Positions 45,151 to 56,945 of a stretch of 64,000 nucleotides of DNA are shown here, one piece after another (position 1 is the stretch's first letter; each line of letters starts with the position of its first letter). This stretch comes from Antedon mediterranea (lineage: Eukaryota > Animalia > Echinodermata). A program made the position numbers and the translations under genes. The notes beneath the pieces were generated by a model. The model saw nothing but the letters and a program-made list of their open reading frames with translations, ran no database searches and was not told the origin of the DNA. The stretch spans positions 1,617,788-1,681,787 of the forward strand of contig NC_092676.1 of NCBI RefSeq assembly GCF_964355755.1. Reading direction: 5' to 3'.

Positions 45151-45857
45151 CACTTACTGTATAGACATATTTGGCAAATATACATTTTTTACGAATTGGA
45201 CAAAACATAGTAAACCCCAGGTTAACTCAGATGCTATGTATTTTTCATTTTCTATCGATACAAATTTATTGAAAAGTGGGGTGGGTGGAGTCAACAAAGG
45301 CTTTTAATTCCCCCGATTTCTGTTTTTTTTTAAATATGCCATTTTAATGTCACATAATAGTTATCCAAAATAAAAAAATAATGTATTTACCTGAAAAAAC
45401 TGTAATTTAAAGCAAAAAATAGTCAAATTGGCTGCCAGCCAATAGGTTTTTGGTTGAATTTGACCATTTATTTTGTCGTTTTATATAAGAAAACATTTTT
45501 ATTTTATTTTTTTATGGAAGGAATTAAATTGATTAAAACTACAAAATAACCTATTCAAAGTCTGAATAAATTAATCTTCATTTTTCATGTTTTTGGGGAA
45601 CAATACATCTTTAAAGTTTTTTCTGAGACTGAGAGAGAAACTAGATGACCTAGCTACTATTACTAAATAAAAGGTCATATTACACATTTAGATAGTCTAG
45701 CTTTATTTTACAATGGCATATTAAAAACATTCTGTATTTAAAATTTAAAAAATACCATAAAATAGTGATTTGTAAATAATGATTTATGAACAATATATTC
45801 AAGGTGATTGTGTAATCAAGATTAATTTATTTTAATAATTGAAATATTTAATTATAT

Positions 45858-48800
45858 TTATAGAAGAACCTCTTCTAGGTTGTCTTCAAAATCGTCGACT
45901 TCATTTACAGCTAATTTCCCAATAATTGGAGACTTTTTTTCAGCACCAAATAAGGAGTTATCGACCCCTACTGCCCTTCGACCTGTCTTGACACCACCAG
46001 TTTCTTTGCCACTATCAACGCCACTATCCCATGGAAACGCACTTTTATCCTTAATTGGTTTTGCTTTAGTGTTGGAGCTAAGTACGTCATCATTGTCTGA
46101 CGAACCGTTTGAGTCTCCTTTACTAAATAGATTAGCAAGTAAGTCCGACTTCTTATCATTCGCGTACCCATTAGCAACTGGCTTATCCGGTTTCTTTTTC
46201 GTACTAGCTCCTTTACTGAATGTCGGTGCGTAGCTACCAAATGCGAGATCCTCATCATCTTCTTTTTGCAATGAGGCCGTAGAACCTAGCCCGTGCGATG
46301 GCCGACCATTGTGCAAATTTTCAACTGGATCTGTGAATTTGTAATTTTTGCGACTTCTACCTGATTCTGGTTTCTCGTTTTTCTGATCAATTTCTCTCAT
46401 TTTTGCTAAGAGTTCTTCCTTCTTTCTTTTAGCTTCTTCTTTCTCTCTATTTACTCGTTCCAATTCCGATTTTCTTTCTGCAAGATAATTTAACAACATT
46501 TTTGTTTAACATTAACATTTTGAATCCTTCATAACATCAACAAAAGTTAGAAAAAGGTTAAAGTTAGTGGAAGTGATTAAAAATGAAGTACAAATGTCAT
46601 TTAAAAGTTTGAGTCTATTTTATGACAGGTTTTAATGCTGTCTACACTATCAAACTTTATGTGACAACAAAATGTGATGTGCCCATATATGGACGTTATG
46701 TCATATCACTACTATATTTGAGCATATCACTGCCAGATTTGACACAACACACTTTTTTTGTCAAACTAGTTTGATAGTGTGGACAGAGCTTAACATGAAA
46801 TAGTGTGGACAGAGCTTAAGAGTATGAAGCATGCTTTATGTGTGCAGGAAACATGAAGTATTAACAGTTAGGTTGAAGGTTTAAATTTAGAAATGTACTG
46901 TACACTGATAACAAAATACAGTGTACAAATACATCATTATTTTATTGCAGTAAACAATACCAATACTGCAGTAAATGTAGTATTGTTTGTAGTACTGTAG
47001 TAGTATCAATGAATACATCCCCAAGCAATGTTGTTTCACCTTTGTTGTTTGCTATTGCATTGTTTCCATTGTGCATCAGCGTTTGATTGAATTCTTCCTC
47101 AAAAACCTTTCCATTATTTGAGAATGTACTTGGATTGTAAGTCGGCTTTTGAGTGGTCTCCTCTCCAAGCACCTTCCCTCCCAACGGCCTGCTCCTTTTC
47201 TCGGCGCTTGAACTCCGTTCCGAATATTCCTGCAGACCTCGCACGCTATTTACCGCATAGGAGTTCTGATTTTTCTTTGGCTTATTAGAGCCAAAATATG
47301 GGACATTATCATCATCATCAGACGTCGTGAATAAAGATGAATTTTTAGGAAAAGAGTTGGGTTTATTTGCAGCAGTGTCTAGCAAGAAAAAGTGCAGAAT
47401 AGAACAGAAATGTAAACAGCTAAATACATAGAATCTAAAGCTCTGTCTACACTATCAAACTTGTGCCCATATATGGACATGATGTCATATCACTACCATA
47501 TTTGGGCATATATTTTTTGTCAAACTAGTTTGATAGTGTAGGCAGAGCTTTAGGGAAGGTTCAAACTTGGGGGTGGATCCAGGATTTTTTTTAATGGGGG
47601 AGCGCTAACATATAATATTATTAGGCTGTCAAAAAAAGATGTCAAAAAGCAGTTCATTTTTAGCTGTCAAAGATTGGGTTGGGGTGGGGAGTGCACACAC
47701 TGGATCTGCCCCTGAGACAGACACTGATCTACTACTACTATAGATATAATATTATAAATGAACAGATCATTCTATTTTGACATTTTTATAATTTAAAAAA
47801 ATAAAGAAAAATGACCATACCTTCTTCAAGTCTTTGCTTTTCCTGTATGAAAATGAAAAATAAAATAATATTAATTATTGGAATGTTATCTACAGTATTA
47901 TTACATTATTAGACTATAAATTAGTATAGAAACATTGAGAATACATGCATTACTATGTTATCACATTAATGTATAGTTAGTAAGTATGCAACATTAAAAA
48001 ATAATATAATGATCATGATGATATAATGGAGAATATTATATAAAATATATAAAAACACATGAAAGTAAACACAAAGTGCAAACACACAGACATGACTATA
48101 CAGAATACTTTCTAGTAAATAAACAAAAGCACGTCGTAGAAAATATGTACCATATTAGAATTGCTTGAATTAGTTGTTTTTATCTCACTAAACCAGCTCG
48201 GTTTGTCTTTCCTCACCAAAGATGGCTTCGTTTCTGGCGAATTTCTTTTAGTTACCAAGTTATTTGTCTGTTTTGCGTCAACTTCAAGTGTTTGTTGAGG
48301 AAGAGCCATAGACTGTGCATTGCTACTGAGTGTGAGAGGTTTTGCGTTGACTTTAAGTGATTGTTGAGGAGGCTGAGCCATAGACTGTGCATTGAGTGCA
48401 AGAGGCTTTGCGTTGACTTTAAGTGATTGTTGAGGAGGCTGAGCCATAGACTGTGCATTGAGTGCAAGAGGCCTAGCAAGATTACTGGGTTTCTTAATAG
48501 AGGCAAATGATGGTACATAACCCTGATGAAAAATGAAAGAGACAAAACATGTGCAAGCGTGACAAACAATTAGCGGTGAAAACAAGTAAAAATGATCAAA
48601 TAAGCTAAAGTTAAATATTAAAGAAAGAAAGAAGTATCACAAAGATTGAAAAATACCTCAAATTCTCCATATTGTATACAGTAGGGCTAAAGCTTGGTTC
48701 CCACTAGGACGTAAACCACAATGCAAACAATTGACCAATCAAAAGCGATGGATCATTCGAACTGTCGCTTGTCATTGGTCAACTCACTTGCGTTGCGGTT

Positions 48801-51800
48801 TACGTCCTTGCGTTACGTCCTAGTGGGAACCAAGCTTAAGGGGCCCAATGTCATCACATCACAGTGCTATAACAATGCTATAACAACAGCAGTGAATTGG
48901 AAGTTAATTTGACTTCAGAATGTTGCAATCTGGGACAAGGTTTAGCAATGAAATATGGAGAATGAGGCTGATTAGTATTTAACAATTAGAAGAACAAAGA
49001 AGACCTTTAGGAATTGTGAAGCATGTTAGAGTTAGTTAAGTGAAACATTACAACAGAAATTTTAAAAACAAATTACATAAATGAAACAAATAAGAATAAA
49101 GGCCCATTTACACTAGGGCGGTAACGATCGACGATAAATAGATAAACATACATTTTTCTTGGATAAAACGAAAGAAATTATTTGAAATAACATTTTGTTT
49201 AAATCCAATCAAATGACGTCATGATCAATAAAAGCAATAACATCGTTCTATCATGACGTCATTTGATTGGACGTGTGGAAATATTATTTTCATCAAAGGC
49301 AGCATAGGTGATAATCCTATAGTTCTAGGATGAAACCTTTTTTAAATTCTTTTTGTTTTAGGTATGAAAAATGCTTATTTATATTTTTATTGTCGATCGT
49401 TATCGCCCTAGTGTAAATGGGCCTTAAGCATATTAAGTTTTAACATCAATATTTAAAAAATAATAATATTGAAATTAAGAATTTAATATAATAAAACATG
49501 AAAGCTAATCTGTGTTAATGTTAGTGAATAATATTGTAAACGGAAAAATGGTAACTTTTGATTCCAACACTGAAACATTTTCGTCTATTGACTGCAGACT
49601 TCTTCAGTGAAAACGGGTCATCCTGCTGAAGAAGTCTGCAATAGTAGAGGAACAGTTTGACGAAGGTGGTGATCTAAAGTTTCAATTTTTCCCTTCAGTA
49701 TAAATAAAACATTTAATTCTTCCACTTATTATAGCACACATTATACACACATTAAACAAGAAATTCTGATTAGTTTTGTAATCAAGTTCTTAATTTAGAT
49801 TATAATATGTTTTCATTATTAAAGTTGTGACGTCCTTGTTTTGATTAAAAATAACCATTTTGCGTATTAAGCTGTAGAAAATGATGTTGCTATGGAAACA
49901 GTTATTAAATGTATTCCTCTTGTATTTTGTAAACATGTTATTACTGTGGTAAGAATATGCACAAACTGTACATTTACATTATAATATGCAATCAAAATGA
50001 AACAAATGATTTATTTATAGTCAATCCAGGAATAAATCAGAATTATAGTTTAACAAACTATTCGACATGTGCTTGGTGATTGTGACAAATTGTAGGTGAC
50101 AAAAACTTACTGTTACTGTTAGTTCACAATTTACCTGATAATGATATCGAATCTGTTTGATGTAAAGAATATGTTATTGTACCAACCTGATTGGCTTCTT
50201 CCTTTTTCAATCTTAGCCTTTCTTCTTCTCTTTTTAATCTATTTTCTTCTTCTTTCTCTCTTGCTAACTCCTCTTTCTTTCTATTTTGTTCTTCCTCCTT
50301 CATTCGTTGTTGTTCCTCTCTACGTTTTTTTGCCATTGCTAAACTTTTCATCACGTCATCTTGATCGTCTTTCTTTTCTTTTTCTTTCAGTTGAATACCA
50401 AAGTCCAGCTGCTGTAAAATAAGTTCATGTTCGTTTAACTCTCTCTTTTCTTCAACGGGAAGTACCCTTTTCCCCTTTTCTTCAACGGGAGTTTTCTTTT
50501 CTTTCTCTACCGTCTTTTTCTCGTAAATCTGCTGACGGATTTCAGCGGAAGAAGCTCTCTTCGGTGCTTCTGGCGGATGCGGATTCGGAACCAAGTTTTC
50601 CGTCAACGTTGATTTATCAACCATCATATGTCTCGGTGACGTTGGTGACTTTGAGGTTTTTAATTTCACAGGTGGTTTGATCACTCTGTGACTGTAAATG
50701 TTTCTAATATCAAGTTCTTTATCTTTTTCCTAAAAAATAAATATATACATGTTTCGCAATAATAAATGATAGGTTTTTAAAATAGATTCTTCTGCTATTA
50801 TTAAAAACCTAGCTTCACTCAATCAATTTCCCTAAACCTCTGTCAACACTATCAAACAAGTTTGGCAAAAAAAGTGTGATGTACCCAAATATGGTATTGA
50901 TATGACATCATTTTCATTATGGGCACATCACATTTTTTTGTCACATAAAGTTTGATAGTGTAGACAGAGCTTTACACTTTGTCTCAAAATTAAGAGAAGC
51001 TACAATGTGTTTGTGTAATCAGCGATTAAAATAATCTTCTTACCCTGAGTTGCACTTGTAATCGTTCATTCTCCATCTCTAAAGTCGCATTTTGACCTTT
51101 CAACTCTTGTTCCCGAGTTTTAACCTCATTCATATGATGATTTTGATTTTTACGAATGTTTTCTATATATCGCTCCAATTCCTGGAAGGTAATAGAGAAG
51201 ACTAATCATTTAGTGCGGAACACAAAAAATGTAGAAACCCATCTAGTACACCTCAGATCTGCCTGAGAATGGTACAGTGAAATTGAATAACTCCTTAACA
51301 TTTAAAATTATTGAGAGATACCATCACTCTAAAGGTCAAATTTAGGATGTCTATTCACACCCAGACTTCATCTGAGTGTGAATAGACATCTTAAATATTA
51401 GCTTCATTGTGCCTGACTGGAATGCAGTACTTACAGTTATTCTTTTCTCCTTTTCAAAAATGTGCTCCGATTGTTTCTCTAATTTATGTTGTAATGAGTC
51501 TCTTTCTAGTAGATGTTTATCTCCGGCGACTTTCTTCATTTTTCTCAAATCTGCTTGTAATTTACAAAGTTCTTCGTGTTGTTCCTTCAACTGTTTATCC
51601 TTCATCCTATCTCTATCTTTATATTTTCTTACACGTTGGTGTAATGAGTCAATCTCCGCACTATGTTTGCGTAAAAGTTCTGGAAGCTCGCTTTCCGTGC
51701 CCTCAAACTTGTCTAACGCACGCTCTTGTTTTCTTTGCAGCTGTTTTAAAAGGCGGATCTCACGGACTGACTCTTCGTATTTTTGTTTTACTTCGTCATT

Positions 51801-54370
51801 TTCGCTCCTAAGACGATTGATTGTATGTCCCTTAGCAGACAGCATTCGTTTGGTAACTTCGTTGACATTACGTGGAGTAACGTTACCCGCAATGCTATTA
51901 GGACGCCCTTTGTTGCTACCTTTTTTAGTATTCCGTTTCGCTGCAAAATAATTACAAATTATTTAGTAAACACAATCAAAAGTAATATTGGTAAGTTTCA
52001 TTTTATTCATTTATTTTGAAAACAAACTGGAACCAAAGCAGTGAATTGATTTTCCCTACAACAAGCAGCAAATATGGTCTCTTGCAGAGAGATTCAGTAA
52101 GGTAAATGTTTTTTTTTTAAATTTATTTATTTCAACAATATTTTATGAGGGTGGTCCATCCAGCATCAGCTGATCATTAGGGACCCTCAAACAATACAAA
52201 CAGTAAATACAAAATAAACTATAAAAACACAAAATTAACAAAGATATAAAAAATAAATATATATAAATATAAATATAATTCGTGGTAAAATTAACACAGA
52301 TCATGAAAGCGAAAATGCTCGATACAAAATGTAGAGCTAAATAGAAATAAAAAAATTATCATTTATTCCTATATATATAAATATACAGTAGGCCAACAAT
52401 GAAAGAAGGATAAAAAGAAATAAAATCAGAGAGAGAGAAACAGGTGTTTTTTCAAAAGAGATTTAAAGGAGAAGAAATTGTAAGAGTTACGAATGCTTAA
52501 AGGTAGAGAATTAAAGAAAGAAGGAGCATTGAAAATGAAAATAAAATAATAATGAAAATAATAATTATTAACAAACAATAATAAATAACAATATTCATAG
52601 AACTAAAATGTTGATACTGTAAAAGCAAAACTATATTCAAATTACTATGTATACAATCATATTAATTTTGTTAATAAACAAAAAATAATAGATAACAGTA
52701 TTGAGTTACGACAGTATTAATAATTAAAAATGCATTTAAAATAAATTCCTATTCTTAAATGTAAGCTGTTCTTTTGTGATTTTATTTAGTTAGAATTGTT
52801 TGCACATGGACTAGTCAATTTAATTTATTGATTGACACAATATCATTACTAAGTTTTAATTATACTGTATATCCTTTGATTTATTCAATTCCATTGGTTA
52901 ACATAATGTAATACTTGATATGCATTTTGTGAGAAGAGTAATTAATTAATGGCTGTGATAAAATGATGGTACTTAATTTGTGACTAGATGTCAACTAAGC
53001 ACTTACAGCAAAGCTGGTAAACAATGGAGTGTTGCTAAGCTAATGTTTACATGTCTGTTTGATAAATATAACAAGATAACAAAGTGGCAAAGCTGAAAAT
53101 GTATGATAGCTCCTCAAACGACAACTTAAGGTTATGATGGCTCTTCCAAGCCACTTTCAACTGGTATAAGCATTGAGGAATAACTCCTAGTGAAGTTAAG
53201 TATGGGGGTTGATGTGTTTCATTGTGCATTATACTGTAGTGTGACAACATTTTAAAAAATGTAATAGAAAATATATGGCAAGTATCAATCATCTTATGGG
53301 AATAAAGCCCTGTCTACACTATCAAACTTTATGTGACAAAAAAATGTGATGTGCCTATATATGGATATGATGATGTCATATTACTACCATATTTAAGCAT
53401 ATCACTACCATATTTGGGCACATCACACTTTTTTGTCAAACTAGTTTGATATTGTTGACAGATCTTTACAGTAGTTTTATAAATAAAACAATAAAAATAG
53501 ATGAAATGTTAATGGAAATGATGGAAAGAAATAATAACAAAAACACAAAATATACTCAAAATGACAAATGGAATGAAAAACATGCAAAATAAACAGAATA
53601 ATTACCATGAATATCAACCAATCAGATGAAATGTCACAAAAGAAACAAACATTCCCAGGATAAAAAAAAAATGACAATTTTAGTTTTGAAAAATAATCAT
53701 AATCTTCATGAATAAAGCAATATCAAAATCTGGAATTTTAATGTATTTAAAAAAAAAAGATATTTGAATATTTATAATCAAACGTGTTTGATCTGTAGCT
53801 GTTTTCAATTTTAATTCTTTATATTTTTCATGATATGCTTTAAAAAACCCTATATAAAATATGTGATGTGAATAAAAATATAACAATCAATAGTTTACCT
53901 GTACTATATGTTTTGCGTGCCTTGCCATAGCCACTGCTTGTGACGTTGGAGCTCCGACTATATCTACTATCCCGGCTATATCTACTATCCTGGCTATAGC
54001 CACTATTTGTACGTTTACTCGTAGTCGCTTTACTCTTCTTCCCTACTGTCTTACTTTTACCATATATGGATGCAGGCCGAGAGTCTTGTGCTGAATCTTC
54101 CGAATCAAAAGAGTCCGAGTAATTATCCGGGGATGGTGATCGTGACCTTGATGGTGACCTACTCCCCGATCTTGACCTTGAGTAGTAATTGCGGGATCCT
54201 TTCTTTTTAGACATGTTGTTTGGAGAGTGAATGGGAGAGTTTATTAAAGTCTTTTCTCTTGTTACTGGCGATGAAATAGTTTTATATTCTCCTTTTAATA
54301 CAGCAGGCGAGTCGTCATGGGTATCAATATCAAAGAATGAATCTGCCCCTTCATAATTTGTCATCTTCAT
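45858..54370 (-). CDS. LCA5: Lebercilin (LCA5/LCA5L co-ortholog), 8 coding exons
   Basis: Phase-consistent exons 54370-53899, 51940-51435, 51181-51044, 50729-50187, 48522-48151, 47842-47821, 47378-47040, 46477-45858. Lebercilin motifs: VTKRMLSA...INRL, LKQLQRKQERALDKFEGTESELPELL.KH..EI, L.ERD.LQ.KL, REKDKELDIRNIYSHR, KKEELLAKMREID, C-terminal FEDNLEEVLL. An acceptor at 54380 implies a non-coding first exon near 54812-54900. Confidence 0.88.
46636..46817. mobile_element. MITE family A copy with duplicated right end (LCA5 intron)
   Basis: CTGTCTACACTATCAAAC ... TAGTGTGGACAGAGCT occurs twice (ending about 46790 and 46816). Confidence 0.85.
47439..47549. mobile_element. MITE family A copy (LCA5 intron)
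   Basis: Near-perfect 22-bp TIRs; flanks TAA and TTA. Confidence 0.9.
48691..48836. mobile_element. MITE family B (PIF/Harbinger-type), intact copy
   Basis: TIR AGCTTGGTTCCCACTAGGACGTAA / TTACGTCCTAGTGGGAACCAAGCT; direct TSD TAA (48688-90, 48837-39); internal inverted TTGACCAAT / ATTGGTCAA. Confidence 0.92.
49100..49424. mobile_element. MITE family C (PIF/Harbinger-type), 325 bp
   Basis: About 40-bp TIR AGGCCCATTTACACTAGGGCG.TAACGATCGAC; direct TSD TAA (49097-99, 49425-27). Confidence 0.92.
49886..49899. promoter_or_regulatory. RFX X-box in an LCA5 intron
   Basis: GTTGCTATGGAAAC fits the X-box consensus; the host gene is ciliary. Confidence 0.5.
50836..50971. mobile_element. MITE family A copy (LCA5 intron)
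   Basis: ACCTCTGTCAACACTATCAAAC ... GTTTGATAGTGTAGACAGAGCT; flanks TAA and TTA. Confidence 0.9.
52110..52540 (-). mobile_element. CR1/L2-group LINE 3' fragment
   Basis: Minus strand reads FIFNAPSFFNSLPLSIRNSYNFFSFKSLLKKHLF, followed by a 3'UTR, stem-loop-like end and (AAAT)n/A tail. Confidence 0.6.
53306..53465. mobile_element. MITE family A copy (LCA5 intron)
   Basis: AGCCCTGTCTACACTATCAAAC ... GTTTGATATTGTTGACAGATCT; flanks TAA and TTA. Confidence 0.85.
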
Positions 54371-54945
54371 CTAACCTTTCTACAGAAAAAAAAAACCGAT
54401 GAAAAACAAAAATGAAATATTTAATTTAAATATAGAAAATAATAATAGGCTAATGCAAATATTATCTAGCCCCTAGTAGGCCTATCTATCATGTCATTGG
54501 CTGGCCACATGAGTACTGTCAGTGTCACTGTCTTCAACTACCTAGCTAGGCCGGATACCCCCTTTAGTTGGCTCGACTACGGCTTCTAGGTCTATACACA
54601 TCCGTCCATCATTTAAATTTTAAGTGATAGTCTAGCTAGGCCTAGTAGGCTAGGCCTAGCTAGCCTAAAGTAAACTCTCTACTATCCATCTATCTACCTA
54701 GGCCTAAAACAGTAACACTCTAACAACTACTAGGCCTACTAAAACTATCCTTAGTTAGGCCTCTCTAGTCTAGGCCTAGGCTTATTGTAATTTTATAAAA
54801 ACTAAAAAAACCTTAGATTTCATATGAAGCTTCCTATTCTTATTCATCAATCAGTGTTTTTTACACATTGTCCATTGTTTACTTGCTATGGTGATCGTTG
54901 TTTATTATGCGGCCATGAAAAAAATGTGAGGCGAAGGCGAGCGTA

Positions 54946-55016
54946 TGACGTCATTTATAGAGGGCGTCATCAAAATAAATAATTTATTTTGATGACGCCC
55001 TCTATAAATGACGTCA
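54946..55016. promoter_or_regulatory. 71-bp palindrome with two CREs and two TATA-like motifs upstream of LCA5
   Basis: Perfect 35-bp arms TGACGTCATTTATAGAGGGCGTCATCAAAATAAAT separated by 1 nt. Confidence 0.7.
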
Positions 55017-55240
55017 ATTATTGCATTAGTACCATAATAATAATAAAATGTTATAAAGAGATTTTGATGTTTATTGTGTGATAGTTTTCGTTGGACGCCG
55101 CTGATACAAAACAAAAAATTAATTACAGTATTTCCAGAAACAACATTGCAGCAGAAACTGTGTTTTTAACTAACGATTCTCATTTTTATTTACAAATTAC
55201 ATTTATATGTGACCCCTTTTTTCTTTCAATCAATCAATCA

Positions 55241-55631
55241 GACAGAAATAAATTATAGGTAAATTTAAATGTTCACTTTTAATATAAACAGTAATTCAAT
55301 AATGCACACAGTACTATAATTGGTAACTGTGTAAGCTATTCATTTATGTTGTAATGTGAAAACCAGGCAACAGTAAATCGTTCGATTTATATAGCGCCAT
55401 TCCAACATTCATTGCTCATGGCGCTGTAGAAAAAATCAGAAAATAAAACATCAATTTAATATACTATCTAATTCTAGAATAACATAATGACGGAGACTAA
55501 ATTGCCTGGTTTTCACATTACAACATAAATGAATAGCCTACACAGTTACCAATTATAGTACTGTGTGCATTATTGAATTACTGTTTATATTAAAAGTGAA
55601 CATTTAAATTTACCTATAATTTATTTCTGTC
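55241..55631. repeat. Long inverted repeat with 130-bp arms
   Basis: 55241-55370 is the reverse complement of 55502-55631 with one mismatch seen; spacer 131 bp. Confidence 0.92.
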
Positions 55632-55832
55632 GGTTTACTGTTCTATCAGTGGCAAAATTCTCCTGTAAAAAAAAAGAAATTTAAATCCAATATAATAGGT
55701 ATGCACTGTTTATACAGCCAACCTTTATATATTTATATTTTTTTTAAAGTGAGAAAATCATATTTTTACTCTCTCAAACTAGATGCTTCACGTCTATTGG
55801 CTTATATAAATTTATTTGACATTGTTTTGTTA

Positions 55833-56051
55833 AGGCCAATTCAGACAGCGTCATACGACGAGTCCCGACGACTCATCTCGTCAGGAGAAAGTTAAACATT
55901 CTCATAAACAGTTCGAGTCCCGATGACCTAAAAACTACGCCCGACGCTATCTCAAGACGACTCGTCTCGTCGGGATTCAACTCTCAGACAGCACCGACGA
56001 GCCAATACGTTTCGTCGGGCCTCGTCGTACGACGCTGTCTTTTTCGAGTCT
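55833..56051. mobile_element. MITE family D (PIF/Harbinger-type)
   Basis: Imperfect TIR core AGACAGCGTC.TACGACGAG.CCCGACGA on both ends; direct TTA flanks; internal CGACG repeats. Confidence 0.7.
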
Positions 56052-56074
56052 TTATAGTGTTATTTTTATTCCAA

Positions 56075-56460
56075 AGTTCTTCTTCTTCTTCATGTATCAT
56101 GTTCTTCAAGAACATTGGCGGTTTGGTTATGGCTTTCCAAATAGTCCGGGTTCTCAGCGACTCTGAAAACTTCTTCAACGTTCAGTTCTTTTGCAATCCT
56201 TTCTATAAACATAGCTCTTTTTGATTTCCTTCCTTCGATCTTCCTGTACCGTATTTAAAACACTTTACTTGAACTTTCTGTATGTGCACGTAAATCCGGA
56301 TACTGCAGTTTTTAATAACTTTACATTGCTAATTATAAAAACACAAATACACAGGTATCTGTACCGAATTACATCCTTTTGTTGCAATAATATCTATTTC
56401 ACTGTTTTTCTTTCTAAAGCAAGATAGTACATTCACACTCATGTTCCGTTTCCCATTACC
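56075..56460 (-). mobile_element. RTE-type LINE 3' fragment
   Basis: Degenerate KLQY...KIEGRK..R..FIERI......FRVAENPD.WKAIT pattern ending in a (GAA)n tail at about 56078-56091. Confidence 0.55.
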
Positions 56461-56819
56461 TTATTCGAATAATAAACGCCCCGCTTTGATAGAACATCTC
56501 ATTTTGAATAAACGCCCTGCTTGAATAAAAATCGAAATAACGATGTCCTCAGCATTGTCTGTTAGTTTATATGTTTTAGTTCAAAAGTTGTGAATATTTT
56601 TACAACGTAAACATAATATGTTCATACTCATCTTCAATATTACATCGCGTTCAAAGTGGTGATTCAGTGAATTTCCATGAATACACAGATTTTCGTACGT
56701 AGAGATTAATTAATAATGCAGGAATTTAAAAGTAGCTAAATAACCAAACTTTATTCCAACACATTTTTTAACAATAAATAGGCCTATATTTCCCATTTTT
56801 CTTAATGTTAGGCTTAATA

Positions 56820-56945
56820 GTGGAGCTGTAACTTGGTGGTTAACGTGCTTGCCTTCCAATCCCAAGGTCCGGGTTCAATCCTGACCAGCTAATGCCAGGG
56901 TTGTGACTCTTTCAACTCCACCCCCTAAGTCTCAAGTGAGGCCCT
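56820..56945 (+). mobile_element. tRNA-derived SINE head
   Basis: A-box-like TAACTTGGTGG, Gly-like anticodon arm GCCTTCCAA, B box GGTTCAATCC; no intact cloverleaf. Confidence 0.6.

Noticed and set aside
49551-49622. Additional LCA5 exon (CAG|GATGAC...)
   Set aside because: No polypyrimidine tract or convincing donor; better explained as an inverted repeat with hammerhead-like motifs.
51407-52019. Plus-strand ORFs opposite LCA5 exon 2 (likewise 45880-46233, 37465-38199 and the minus-strand 40107-40650)
   Set aside because: Antisense or alternate-frame shadows of real exons.
56820-56890. Functional tRNA-Gly (and tRNA at 6445-6512)
   Set aside because: Acceptor, D or anticodon stems do not pair properly; SINE head or pseudogene.
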